From Callorhinchus milii (taxonomy: Eukaryota): 64,000 nucleotides of DNA. Made by a program: the position numbers and the translations under genes. The DNA is taken from assembly GCF_018977255.1 (NCBI RefSeq), contig NW_024704742.1:51276001-51340000 (forward strand), read 5' to 3'. The notes beneath the pieces are model-generated. The model ran no database searches and had not been told where the DNA came from. It saw only the letters and a program-made list of their open reading frames with translations. Shown one piece after another: positions 12,455-26,135 of the stretch; position 1 is the first letter of the stretch; every line of letters starts with the position of its first letter.

Positions 12455-12974
12455 CTATAAAATCCATGTTTAAGTAGCTTCCAGCATTTCTGCAACAATA
12501 TTGCAAGTAATGAAAGGAAGGGGTTTGGGAGATAACATGTTCCAATGCTAAGGAGGTGTTCCAATGCAAAGCTGCTTAAAGAGCAAGCCTCTACTGTCTA
12601 CATTCACTGCCTAAGCTCACAAATTATGAATGTTCAATTGGAAAATACCAACATGAATTATTCCCTTCAGGAGAGAGAGTAAAATTAAAGACATTTAACA
12701 GGTTCTGTCTAATCCATCTAAATAAGAAAGATCCACCAAATCCACCCACTTGGATTCAATGGCTGTCATTAAATTATGCCGTAAAAAAACACAAAGGGAC
12801 ACAAACACTCTAACATGAACATTGGATTAGCTTTACAAGTTCAGGCACTTCACAGCATCAGACACTAAATGTCAGATCAAGTAAGTTTTTTGCTGCAGAA
12901 GAGCACCTCCTGGTGGCCTGACAGAGCAGTGTTGAGATTTCCACAACTTTGGCTGATTCAGCTTGATGAGGTAC

Positions 12975-13125
12975 AGGAACATAGGAACAGGAGGAGGCCA
13001 TTCAGCCCTTCGAGCCTGTTGCGACATTCAATTAGACCATGGCTGATCTGTACCTCAATTAATCCTTTCAATTCCAATTTCCCGCTTTGTCCCCATATCC
13101 CTCAATACCCTGACCTACCAAAAAC
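12975..13125 (-). mobile_element. CR1 3' end nested in a Deu-SINE region
   Basis: aggaacaggaggaggccattcagcccttcgagcctg matches the CR1 tail at 24300-24420. Confidence 0.75.
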
Positions 13126-13144
13126 AAAACTAATATGCAATTCT

Positions 13145-13425
13145 GAAGGGGTGCTGGATTGTTAAAGGTGCCGTCCTTGAGATGAGATGTTAACCTGAGA
13201 TCCCACCTGCCTGCTCAGGTGTAATGTCAAAGATCCCATGGCACTATTCCTGTCCAAAAATTAAAATTGATCATTCAATTCATGGCTGTTTGTGGGACAT
13301 TGCCATGTGCTAACTGGCTCCCAGATTCACTTACAAGTACATGGTCACTGCACGATAAAATCTTGTTAAGCATTTTGAGGTATGACAATATAAGGTGCAG
13401 TATCAAATGCAAGAATTATTATTGT
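13145..13425 (+). mobile_element. Deu-domain SINE
   Basis: ggtgccgtccttgagatgagatgttaacctgag..aaagatcccatggcactattc; L2-like tail. Confidence 0.8.
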
Positions 13426-13664
13426 TCATCACCAATGTCCACATACAAACAGAAAGGTCAAACTATTTGACAAAGTTACAGATGCCACTGTATATAGTGC
13501 CTTTTCTTTAGCCTGGAATTTTTTTAAAAAAATTTTAATAAATGAAAACAAATAAAGTTCATAAAGAAATAAAGATTCAAGTTAAAAATGGAAGTAATAA
13601 TATAAAAATATTCCTTTCATTTGATATAACGTCTTATCACATCGGCAATTTTTTTTGGTCAACC

Positions 13665-14130
13665 GGATGTCAAACACATGTGGAAACCCATCACCAAACT
13701 TAAGAGTATCCAAACCAAACTGAGAATTCCATGCGTCCCACTTATACATTGAAATTCCAGAGATATTTATTGGAATGGAACTCTTCCCCTGGAGGAACGC
13801 ATCCGGCTTATCTAATTATGGAAGGAATTGGGAACCCCAGTGTGTGTGTTGGGGTACTGCAGGAGTCTAACCAGCTAAAACCATATAGCTTGCCATTGGG
13901 AAACTTTCCCGCTGCTTGTCCAGCTAGGACCACCTTACCCATTACGGCTTTGGCTTGCAGGGGTAATGGTGTACTGTAACCAGCAGTGCCCTCTGCCTGG
14001 CTCAGGAACTGGACTATCAAGGCCACCACAGAGGGTGAGCTCGATACCAACATCCCAGTGCCAAACAAGTCACCTTGGAACCAGCTTAGCTCCTCGGAGA
14101 CCCCGCTTACCTCAAGAGTAATGGACCTTT
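13665..14130. repeat. Unclassified interspersed repeat (homologous to 48150-48735)
   Basis: cacatgYggaaacccatcaccaa..gagtatccaaaccaa..ccacagagggtgRgctcgat..gagaccccRcttacc shared with 48150-48735; partial reverse copy at 54825-54976. Confidence 0.85.
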
Positions 14131-14174
14131 TGACATTTTCAATCATTAAAAAANGGACGCTATTGTTTAAAAAA

Positions 14175-14450
14175 ATGTATACCTCACTAAAACAAAACAT
14201 TGCTTAATGCAGGAAATATTTATTCACACAACACAAAGCATTGAAACTCCATCCACTAAACTACAGCATTAATGTATTACTTGTTTACTTGCACAATAGA
14301 AATTATTGTATTTCTAAGGCTGAGAGCTCAGCATCTTGGCAACTTTCATGCTGTAAATCTTCATATCCTTTCATAACATTTTATAGCAAAACACAGTACT
14401 TAAACAACTACTCTGACCTATGCCTCACTTTCTATTGCAAATCCAAATGA
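14175..14450 (+). pseudogene. Orphan X-type ORF (copy F), one internal stop
   Basis: MYTSLKQNIA*..LLVYLHNRNYCISK..LCLTFYCKSK*; TAAAAAAATG start; stop overlaps a next ATG (ATGA). Confidence 0.5.
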
Positions 14451-14639
14451 TAGGTAAGGTTAAATGTAATTACTTTTGCTAGTTTTTAATTAAGTTTCAA
14501 GTGACATTATCTCATTTAATCAAAGATACTCATATTGTTAGTGTTATCCTTTAAAGTGCTACCTTTATTTTTGTATATTCAGGGGTACAACAAGGTACAG
14601 GTAAAGGTAACTATTGCAAAGGCAATTCTTGCATATATT

Positions 14640-14997
14640 TATAATAATGCTTGCATTTGATATAGCGCCTTATCATGTCCTCAAGACGTCTCAAAACGCT
14701 TCACAGAATATACTGTAAAGTTGACTGTTATATTTTATGTGCGAAACCCAGGAGTCAATTGCGCACAGCAGTGTCCCACAAACACTCGTGGATTGAACTG
14801 ATCACTTTATTATTTTACCCCAGGAAAAGCGATTCCCAATCTACTAACACCCAGGTTCCTACTTACTGCTAGTGCTAGGTAAACAGATGCGTGTGGAGTA
14901 AGGAAACCTTGTCCAACGTTTCACCCTGCCCGGGAATCGAACCCAGGTCCTCTCGCTTGCGAGCCGAATGCTCCAACCAATGAGGTACACGACTCCA
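14640..14997 (-). mobile_element. tRNA-derived SINE with L2-like tail
   Basis: Full head, body and tail on the - strand. Confidence 0.88.
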
Positions 14998-17900
14998 TAA
15001 ATATGGTATATTTGAACAGATATTAGCAACACAAGATTTGGACAAATTGTATTAAGATAAACAACTGAGTTACGATTTCCCATATCTTAAGGGGGGGGGT
15101 GGAGAGAGAAAGAGAGAAAAGAGAAAGTGAACAAGTTCCACAAATGGCAGAATTGATATGTGAAGTTCATATTTGGTACTTTTTGGACTGATGCAGAACA
15201 TTGCTGCAGAGCTTTTAGTTCCCTAGTGTAAACGTCAGCAGCTCTTGTGATTATGCAAAGAGCTGAAACTCCAGAAACATCTCCGATTTTGCAATTTGAC
15301 CTCATCAATTCCATCAAGTCTCATATTGTAATAAATTAAGGAGCAAGACATTTTCTCTGTAGCTTTTCAAATAATATTCCATCACAGAGCAAACAGAAGA
15401 CTTGTAGAATATTGAAACTTCCACCAACAGGGCCAAGCATTCTAAGTGGTTTCCACACTTGTAGTATTGTTCCCAGCTATAGCTTTACCACCTATTTGCC
15501 AGTGGATATTTTGGATGTGATTAATCAGCCAAGGATTTGAATAAACTTGCTCTTACAGCTGGCAAAATGAGGATGCAGAATGGAGAAAACACAACTGTGA
15601 AGCCATAGGTTCTGAAACAAATGCATCCAGGCAAGTGGATTGCTTGGATGCGCAAAGGCCCTCGCCCTTAAACAGCTCATTGGTTACACCAATATAAACT
15701 CTCTCCCTCAATGCTTCCACCTTGATCCCCCCACTCCCCATTTTCAGATCTTCGACCTTGCTTAGGGTCACTCCCCCTGGCTCTGCCACTGTTCTGCACT
15801 CCGAGATGCTACCCTGTCCGAGCAGTGCCATATAGATGCAAGTTGTTGTTGTCTTGAACACATCTGGTCAACTACACCACTGATTGTCCATTTTTGAAGT
15901 TGGAAAAATGAGCAACACGATCCAACATACAAGTACATTTGCAATAAATCTTAAAGCAGTTAAGAATCTAGAGAAAATATTTATTTTGTGTAATTTGATA
16001 CCAATCCAAACATACCTTGGGGAAAACTTGTGATAGCGCAGTTGGCTGGGTCCAATGTCTTTTATCTATATTGCGCACAATATTTTGACAACAAAATATA
16101 CAGTCAATTCACTTTACAGTACATTCTGTGAAGCGCTTTGAGATGCCTTGAAGACATGATAAGGCGCTATATCAAATGAAAGGATTATTATTAATGTGTA
16201 TGAGTCACCGATAGTCACTTTGTTACGCCAACGGCACTTCCCACGCAAGTGCAACAACAACAACTTACATTTATATAATGCCCTTCACCAATTGAAGCAA
16301 GTGCAGCACATACACATTGATGACAGCAGTGGTTCAATGTGCATAACAGGAAGAGACATCAGTAACTCACAACCTGGAATAGGCAATGGAACGTTGGAAG
16401 CCGGGTATAGCGGGTTTCTGGTTAGCACGTTCAACTGTTAAACTATAAACCAGCTAATGAAGGTCCACTGAAGGATACTATGACCAAGATGCTCGGTATG
16501 TTGAAAATATACAATTAGGAATTTTTTTTAAACCTGTACCTGACAGCACATGATATATCATTTGTTTCGTCAAAACTTGCTGGAAAAAAAACTTAACTCT
16601 TTCCAATCTTTTGAAAAACCATGCTTAGTATGGTAACTTGCTTTGCACAGCTGTAGCAATATCTCAAAAACAGTTTTCAACAAAACCTAGAAAAGGACAT
16701 GAATTCAAAAAAATCTTTCAACCAAGTCAGCCTCTGCAATTGTGAATAGGAAATTAGTTGAATATACATATACCATGAGCTGGTGGCAATTGTGATGTTT
16801 AGCAATGATTTTTATTTTTAAAAGAATGGGATAAAATTGATGCCTTTACATTAATTTTAATTTACCAGCTTAGTAATTAATATGCACACTTTTTGATTCT
16901 GAAACATGAAGAAATCTTTGATGCGACAAATACTCTTTAAACATTCTGTGAATCTTCAAATGCAGTTTTCACATTCTATTGCTGCTAAAAAAACGTTCCA
17001 GCTTCTGAGTTCAATTTAAAAACCCATAAAGTCAAATAATAAAGACGAGCGGATAGCCTGTGCCTAAATTTCCATTCGTCAAGGGTGGCTGCATTTTTCT
17101 ATTATGATGTCAATAGAATTTGAGTTATGATTAAAAAGTGCATTTTTGCAATGATTCGATTCAACAGCAATGTTAAACCTCCTCTGAGTCACTGTTGGGC
17201 TTTTTTCATGTCAGAAAGAAGGTGACAGTTTAATAATTCTCTGTTCATTGCACACAATACCAAAGCTATATGGAACCAGTTTCTGAAACCAAGAGAGGAA
17301 AACTGAGAAATGCATAGATGTTTGAATCAACCACTTTGTAACAATAAAATTCCAGTTGCGCCAAATGATTTTATAATAATCCTTGCATTTCATATAGTAC
17401 CTTGTCAGATCTTTGAGGTGTCTCAAAGCGCTTCACAGAATACACTATAAAGTGAATTGAACGTATATTTTGTGGGCGATTTTATAGTGTTTTACTTGGT
17501 CTAGAACCAAGAGGTTTACCCAAAATAGTAGTTTTGCGCTGTCAGAGCAAATAAAGGGTGCCCAAAACGTCGTGATAACTACTCTATCGTCAAAAAAAAT
17601 CATCTTTTGTTTAAGACCTATTAGACACTGAAATCATGACTTTTTGATAATCCCGTGTAAACAATGCAAATTTTAATTCTACTCCACTCACTCCCATTCT
17701 CAGGAGCATTAGACAGAAAGGAGATGTGTGGCTGTCCTGGCTGCAGATCTTTCAGTGATAAAGGGGAGAAAATTCACATTTTCATAGTCCCCGCAAGCTC
17801 TTGAGAACCTTCTAAATGCTACAAAGCAGCAGCCTGGGTTTTGGACCCATTTGTAGGCCCCAAGTCTTAGTGCCTGAAAACCTCTGGAGAACTTGAGTTT

Positions 17901-18652
17901 TGGAACTAATAGAAAATATTTTTCATCAGTTGTCATACCTAGCCTAGGAAAGATCGTGGCTGTTCTATTTTTAATTCTCATCTTTCTTTACTTTGTCTAC
18001 GTTGCATTCATTTACTTATTGCAGTTATGCGATGGACTTGCATTGAAAAGTTCTTGAACAGCTATTAAGAAAAGACTGAGGCTCTTAAACTCTTGTTCCA
18101 AATTCAGCTCGTTTGGAACCAGATAAACAGCCAAAGGAATACCATGAAACCACATTAATCAAAAATGTTGGAACGGGCCCCAAGCTAGTAGTCAGTGATC
18201 ATGCCAGATAGGGTGGGCCTGCAAATCATCTGGCTGAAAACAAAACTAAAAGAACCCTTTAACTATCAAAAATTTAAGATCACAGAAACTAAAGAGGAAA
18301 TCTTCAAATTACCCTATCCAGCTGTCAAACTGGAGCTGCTATTGCAAAACAAAGCCTGTGAAAGCTCACGCCAGTGTTTCAAAAAAGTTTGAGCCACTGT
18401 GTAGATTATCTATCGGTCATATGAATGAACAGAGATTTGGCTGCCACACTGTCCACAATAACCAGAGTTGTACTGAGTGGTCAGCACCGTGGTCAGCACT
18501 AGAAGGTTCTGGCAGATCATTTAACAATGTGAGACTCCTGCTTTTTATGAAACAGGCAAGTTTTATGCATTTGTTAACTGGTCCTGTAAAGAAATAGAAA
18601 ATCGCCCAGATGTGAAGTACCCTAGGCGAACTACAACCAACACAGTTTAGTG

Positions 18653-19030
18653 TGGAGTCCTGTAGCTCAGTGGTTAGAGAACTCGCCTTGCAAGTGAGAG
18701 AAACTGGGTTCAATTCCTGGCAGGGCGAAACATTGGGCAAATTTCTTTACTCCACACGCCTCTGCAGTAATAGGAACCCGGTTGTTAAGTATATTGGCAA
18801 ATCACTTTTCCAGGGATAATAATCACTAAAAAAAATGTTTATAATAAAATAATAAGTTGGTCACTCAATCCATGACTGTTTGTGGGACACTGCTTTGCGC
18901 AACTGCCTGCCACATTTCGCCCACAAAATATACAGTCAATGCACTTTGCAGTATATTCTGTGAAGCGCTTTGAAACGTCTCAGAAACATATGGTGCTATA
19001 TCAAATGCAAGGATTATTATTATAATTATT
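18653..19030 (+). mobile_element. tRNA-derived SINE with L2-like tail
   Basis: gtggagtcctgtagctcagtggttagag head; caaatgcaaggattattatt tail. Confidence 0.92.
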
Positions 19031-19779
19031 GCTCTTGGTGACCTCATCCGCAGATATGGAATGTAATTTATAATAGTAATAATGATCCTTGCATTTGATA
19101 TAGCACTTCATCACGTCTTCAAGACATAAGGTGCTATATTTCCAAACAATTTCCACCCAATCTTCCCTTTCTCCGATAGGCTTTTAAAATCCAACTTAGT
19201 GTCCTCTAACAATTTCTTAATTTAACTTTGAAACTCTTTTCATCTTTCTAATAGTGCTATACTATGAGGCATTGCCCTTCATCTAGAATCTCAAGGACAA
19301 AAAAGATCTGGTGGGATTCTGAAAGAAGCAACATTTTACTCTCCAGGATTGGACTGCTGCTCAAGAAAATGTAGTGGAGAAAAACAGGCCAAAATAAATG
19401 CATCTTCCTCTCGAACACACATGGCTATCCTCACACATGGGATATTACCCGCCCCACCATGCACATAATTGGAAAAGGCTATCTACCTTGTAGGGTCTCC
19501 GTTCTTCGATTGTAGCATCCGCAACACACCTCTGGGTTGAGCCAGGCTTGGACCAAGTTCTGGGGGAAATCACATGTACATTAATGTCTTATTATAGGTT
19601 TTCAACTGTCACCAATCCCAGCTCCAACACTCTACAAAAAGCGAGTACACATTGTTGGTTATTTCTAGAACACCTTGCACTTATATGGATTATATAAATT
19701 ATTAAGTAAGTTGAAAGTCACAATGCACTTTTAGAGAAACATCTATGGGGTATCAGCCTCTGTCAGCGTTCTCGCCACT

Positions 19780-20075
19780 AGCCAGAAGACTGTGTGTAGG
19801 TTTAAGACTCACATCAGGACTTTCAGTGAATAATTTAAGCTAAAAATCCAATGCAGCGCTAGGGGTGCACTGCATTGTAAGAGGCACCATTCTTCAGATG
19901 AGACGATAAACCAAAGTCCCATCTGCCGGTTCAGGTGGATGTTAAAAGATTCCATGACACTATTCTCCTGGTCAAGATTCTCACAGACAAAAAAAAAAAG
20001 ATTGATCATTCATTTCTTTTTTTTGTGGGACATTACTGTGGGCTGTCAGGTTTCCTACAACTATATTAAATGTAA
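19780..20075 (+). mobile_element. Deu-domain SINE
   Basis: cagatgagacgataaacc..caggtggatgttaaaagattccatgacactatt core. Confidence 0.75.
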
Positions 20076-20649
20076 GTTATTAAACTTCTCCACAGAAATA
20101 AATAATATATATTCCCCACAAAATTTGAGTTAAGGTTGTCCGTTGTGGAGGATTCTACATTCAAAGACCAATAGACCTATATACAGGTGATTTTTCTCTC
20201 TTTATTTTGTTCTATCCATACCTCTAACCTTACAATATTAAGAAACTAAAGGAGAGAGGGAGGGTTCATGCAGGGAAGCGGATTTCCCAATCGGCAAAAC
20301 AAACCTGCAAGACATGCGTCACCTAAGATCTAAACAATAGTGCTTTTCTGAATGCATGTGGATTACTCCACATAGTGGCTTTACAGATAGCATTAATAGA
20401 AGTTTCCCTAAGGAATTCTGTTGTACAGCTGTGGAACATGTCGAATAGTTGTTGATATGGTTTCCTGCAAGAAAGAATGCTAACAGTTGAGTACACACCA
20501 ATATTCATTTAGCAAGATGTTATTTGGAAGGAAGTTTTCCTTTAGTTTTAGGACCTTTGTGATAAATGATAAACTATGGCAAAAGACTGAATAAACTAGT
20601 TTCTTTAACCTAAAAAATATGCATCTCAGAAGGGACCATATGGAGTTAA

Positions 20650-21636
20650 ATGGAAACAAACAGGATAGGGAAGGAAACATCTGAAGAACACAACACCAAG
20701 GAAACAGAACAAAAGGGCACGGGAGAACATCTTGATGCTATAAAATGATGATACGGTTAATATTTAGATACAATAATACAAAATAGGCCAAATTATACTT
20801 CGTCCAAAAACTCTTGTGATTTCCTTTTAGTCATAGGAGACTTACGAGGCTATTGAGAAGTCTCCAACACAATTGCTTTTAGAAGTTGCTGCGATGTGGC
20901 ACGAGTCTTCTCACTTGTATATTTATCCACACCATTTTTCCTCAACATCGATCATGTTGACCTGAATGGTGCGCGTGCTTGTTTTATAGATTATAAATGT
21001 TTCAGGCATTTGCAGCAGTGCTTAAAGCTCTCTCAGGTGTCAGACAACAGAGCATCACTGGACTCCTGGAGCATCCTGAGCTTTGAAGAATTCTCAGGCC
21101 ATTTAAATCCAACTGATCTAACGACATCGGTTGACCCAATGGAACTAAGACGAGCAATATCATTCGCGCATTACAAACGATCTATTCCACTGATTCATGA
21201 TCAGGTTCATGATTTTTTTTCAAAAAAAAAAATGTTTAAAATGAAGTCGTTTGACTTGTTGGGTCGGTCATCAGGTGTCAAACAGCACGCCATGCTCCGA
21301 AGTGCCATCGAGAACGGGTTGGCCTGAGCCGTATATGGATCACCGCCTCGTGCTGCTAATGATTTCGTTATACACAGCTTAAACCTTGTGGCGGAGCGAC
21401 ACCCCCATGGTTTGGCTGGGACCCTGCGACTCAGTGCAAATGAAGTCCACAACCTGAAGTTGGACCAGAACTTTATAATCTGTTATACGCTTAAATTCCA
21501 ACTGACCAACTGTCAAGACGGTGTGGTAATTGGCACATCTCTATGGATCAACTCGAGTAAAAAGCTCGATCCATTCTACAAAAAAAGTACAGATTTTTTA
21601 AATATCATTTTAAACAAATTCGGAAACATCCTTTAA
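20650..21636 (+). pseudogene. Decayed intronless 328-aa orphan ORF with two X-type domains (copy D)
   Basis: One frame from TAAATG (ATG 20650) to TAA 21636 with 5 internal stops (TGA 20746, 20749, 20854, 21325; TAA 20758) and no frameshift; joins the listed ORFs 20896-21327 and 21388-21636; CpG-rich. Confidence 0.75.
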
Positions 21637-22689
21637 ATTTTTTTTTAAAATTAGTGACAGACCTAATCGCACAAAGCTGACAAATTTAAGAACCGGACAA
21701 CCTATGTACTATATTTGTAAACGTGTCTGCGCTAACTCTACAACAACAACAAGATTGCATTTATAGAGCGCTTTTCACGTCGGGAGGACATCCCAAGGCG
21801 CTGTACAGTTGGGTCAGGACCCGAGCAGTGGGGGAAATGGTCAGGGTGAGGGGAGGGAAGGGAGGGAGCGAGGAGGGGGTAGAGAGTCGAGCTGAAGACG
21901 CGAGGGGATTAACAGCAACAACAACTGGCATTTATATACTGGCTTTCATGTCGGAAGGGCATGCCAGAGGCTGAGGAACAATTAAAGAGGAACAATCTGA
22001 GGTCTAGGCTGGACTCACAGTGGGGAAGTGCAAGGAGCAATGAATTGACGATCTATCGCGTGCGTTTCCCCCTTTACACTGCTCAAGAGCTGAGAGATCA
22101 CATGGCCCACGATGTCAGGAAAGGTCACAGAGGGAGAGCGCCGTCACCCGTGTGATCTCTCCAGCCACAGACCCGGGTCTGGCTCACCCTAATGGCGTGT
22201 GTATACAGCATGCAAATCAAACAGTAGCGAGCGATAGCAATGTTCCCTTGACCTATTTAAAGCTGCACAAGCCCAATTTGTTTTTAAATTTGGATCTGCA
22301 GTCTGTTTTCAAACTAAGATTTGAAATTCTTTTCAAATTTTTTGAAATAAGATTTTTTTTTGAAATTAAGATTATTGAAGAAGATGTTTTGAGGTCTATA
22401 GCTTCCATTAGAGGTTTTATTCAGAGGTAAATCAAAGCTTCACATCTCGTCTTTGTGAACTCAAAGGGAAAAATAATACGAGCAAGACAAAGTTATACTC
22501 TAAAGATAAGAAATGCTTACTTTAGAACATCAAGATGAACAAAAAGCAAATTAAACAGCTACAGTAAAATTTTAGTTAAATGAAACTGACTGTGGATAAC
22601 AGAACTGTACTGCATTAAACGAATGAATTAAAAATCCTATTTTCTGGCTAAGCATATAATCCTCGCCAGTTGTCAGCCGGCCTCATCTC

Positions 22690-23035
22690 TGGGTCCAATC
22701 CCATGTTGGAACTTTGATCTCACAGACAGACACTCCAAAACACTGGGAGCGCTGCATTATCAGAGGTGCCATCTTTCAGATTAAATTTTAAACTGATATC
22801 CTATCTGCTGCTTCGGGTTGACCTTAAAGATCCCATGACACTATTGAAAAAGAGAAGAGTTTCTCCTGGATTTCTACACAATAATCCTTCACGTCTGTTT
22901 GTGAGATATGACTGCACACAAATTAATGGTCGTGTCCTTTGACAAATACAGTCACTACGCTTTATGAAGTTCCATGGGAATTGCTTTCAGATTTTTCATC
23001 ATTATAAGCACTATATCAGTTGCAAGGATTCTTAT
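22690..23035 (+). mobile_element. Deu-domain SINE
   Basis: gaggtgccatctttcagat..aaagatcccatgacactattgaa core. Confidence 0.72.
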
Positions 23036-24295
23036 AATTCCAAACATTTGCGGCTGTGAAAAAGATCATTCATTGATAAGCACAATTGCAACATATTCTA
23101 CGATTTATTAGAGTAAATCCTGTAAAGCACTTTGAAGTGTCCACCAATGTGAAAGGACCTGTACAAATTAAAATAATTTTTTATTGTTTTTTATAGTGCC
23201 TATGATTTTAAATGTCTCAAAGTATTTTACAGGCAAGTATTATTTAGTTGGTGCCTTTTTTGGCACATGCAGAAACCCATTGCTATGCTTAAGAGTATCC
23301 AAATGTGCACTGCAATTCCCCCTCATCTCGAATGGCAGAATTGTTCTTCCAAGTCATGATGAGGAGCCAGGCTGGCTGTTCTGAGCCGGAGGTAACCCAA
23401 ACCACTCGCTACGCCCCCTCCCCCATAATAATCCCTAGTCAGTTTTGTTACAACATTTTTAACAACAACTCTAAACTCCTTGATTAGGTAAATATTTGGA
23501 CAACTCTGCAAGAAGCTTTATTTTGTGGATGTTTTATAGCGTACTTTAATTTCTACATACAGACTTGCAATTTGAGGCCAAGCCATGATTGTTAGGGGGA
23601 TACGAGTTGTTTGTTTAGTGTAAGGCAAAACCCCTGGTACTATACTTTGCTGACAAACTAGTGAAAATATTGCATTTGTGCAATATTTCATGGCACTTAA
23701 CACTGAGCATTAGTTTTTTTGTCCACTGTTGAAAGCTCTGAATTTTGAGCAATAATTAATTCAGCTCAATTACTCTAATCTGAAGAAAACACTACCAAAC
23801 ACAGTGGTTAAAAAATATCTACTTAACTTTCCAAATCGTTTGATTTTAAATAGGAGAAAGCTTTGAAAAGGCAATGCCTGCATTGGTAATGTTTAGTAAT
23901 GGAAAAAACATGATATACCGCACTGAACCCTGGTAGGAAAGTTCACAGTACACAAAGGTAAATTCCCACTAGGTAAATAAAATGAATGGAAAAAACAACA
24001 ACCTTGAAAACAGCAATGCCTCAACTTCTGCTGTTTCTATACAAACCAAAAGCACAAATTCCATGTTGTTCACACAAATGCAAAATTTAACCAAGCGAAG
24101 CTGAGCTCCCACGCATTATAAATCCAGTGTCAGTTTATCAAAGTATTATACACCTACTGTAATAGGTAAACTGTCAAAAATGCGTATGGAGCTATTTGTG
24201 TAACGTTTTGCATAAAGACGTCACAAATTTGCAAACTGATGCCAATCCAGACGATAAGCACGAGGGATGGTTTTGGTTGACAGTAAGAGTAAATA

Positions 24296-24925
24296 CATAA
24301 CATGTAGGAGCAGGATACGCCATTCGGCCCTTCGAGCCTGCCCCACCATTCAATCATGGCTGATCTTCTGATCTAACTTGTTAATAACCTGACCCTGCCT
24401 TATCCCCATATCCCTTAATCCCTTTTGCAATAAGAAATCTATTTATCTCAGTCTTGAATATGTTCAAGGACTGAGCGTCAACAGCCCTTTGGGGTAGTGA
24501 GTTCCATACATTCACCACCCTTTGAGTGAAGAAGTTCTTCCTCAACTCAGTGTGAAAGGGCTGGCCTCTGATTTTAAGGTTGTGACCCCTGGTTTTAGTT
24601 TCTCCAACCAGGGGAAACAATCTCCCACTATCTACTCTATCATGCCCTTTGATGATCTTATAGGTTTCTATAAGATCCCCTCTAATTCTTCTATGTTCTA
24701 GAGAATATAGGCCCAAATTGGTCAGCCTATCCTCGTAACTCATCCCCTTCATCCCTGGCACTAACCTAGTAAATCTACACTGCACCCCCTCCAAGGCAAG
24801 TACGTCCTTCCTTAAATGAGGAGACCGAAACTGCACACAGTATTCCAGATGTGGTCTCACCAGGGCTCTATACAGTTGCAGCAAGACTTCCCTACTCTTA
24901 TACTCTAATCCTTTCATAATGAATG
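24296..24925 (-). mobile_element. CR1 LINE, 5'-truncated, ORF2 C-terminus still open (178 aa)
   Basis: LYRALVRPHLEYCVQF, LYSLEHRRIRGDLIETYKI, FFTQRVVNVWNSLP; 3' UTR follows. Confidence 0.95.
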
Positions 24926-24999
24926 CTTACCCTATATGTTTACCCTTCTCTTGTAACAAGGAATAGATACTTTCCCTCCAACAAGAAGTTACACTTGAA

Positions 25000-25900
25000 T
25001 AGCATCTTGCATGTGACCGACTGAGTAGCCAAGCTGGGAGGGAGCTTGGAGATTATGCAGGAGGGGGAAAGTGTCTGAAGGTGGGCAGTATTCTGTCTTG
25101 AATTGATAGCAGAGAGGGAAAGGCAACATGGAATGATTTCAGGACAAAGTTCCAGAGAGAGAGAGAGAATAAAGTAGCTGAAGGCTTGCTCATCTTTGGT
25201 GGTGCGGAGGGTATGAAGTAGGCAGAGAAGAGAAAATAGCCAGGGAAGTAGAGAGAGGTTATGAAGCCCAAATTGATTCCCCGGGGAGAGCCAATGGAGC
25301 TGGGTGAGAATGCGTGATCTGCTCATGGAGTCTATCACGGAAGAGGTTACAGGTTGTGGAGTTCTGGATCACTTGGAGATTGTACAAGATGGGAATTGGA
25401 GACTAGCAAGCAGAGAGTAGAAAAGTCAAATCTGGAGGCACCAAGGTTTCCATAGCCTTGCACCATTATAGCTCCAAGGCACTGTCACTAGTAAGGGGCG
25501 ATATATAAACAAAAGATGTTGTTGTGGCAGAGACAAGCGAGTTGCGGAGATGGAAATACTTGGTCAGCTCCTACATGGAAAGTTTGAAGGAGAGTCAGAG
25601 TTGATCAAAGCACCAAGATTCCAGACAGGCCATGTGAGCTAAAGCAAACAGCCGAGACAATCAATATCTGAGGTGAGGAGGCACCAATGGGAACCAAACA
25701 GAATAGCTTCAGTTATGCCAACACTGAAGAAAGTTACAGCTCATCCAGCACTCGATGTCTGACGGACAGTGTATCAGAACATCAGTGAACCTGGAGTCTA
25801 TGATCGAGGCAGAAAAGTTGGATGTCATCTGGAAACATTTAAATGGACCCCATGCCTGGAGATGATGTCACCAAGGGGGTAAACATAGATGATGAAAAGG
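25000..25900 (-). mobile_element. Old L2 fragment(s)
   Basis: ILTQLHWL remnant; gatgatgtcaccaagggg RT-region remnant. Confidence 0.65.
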
Positions 25901-26135
25901 ACATGTATGTGTTCGTGTAGGAACAAGAGTAGAAACCGTAAGATGAGACAAACCACTAGAACAAGTAGGAGTGAAACCAGTAAAGTTCAGAGTCTCCATT
26001 TGAAACCACAGAAGACAAAAATGCTCAAGCATTTCTTGACTGATAGGATGTTAAAGATCCAGCAAGGGTTGCCCAGCTAGAAGTCCTTTAGTCCTTATGA
26101 ATACAAATGTAAAATGGACAGATTTATGTACTTAC

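Noticed and set aside
15087..17360. Protein-like - strand frames at 15.1-15.5 and 16.4-17.4 kb (similar case at 26440-26748)
   Set aside because: Only vague resemblance to X; too decayed to support without a profile search
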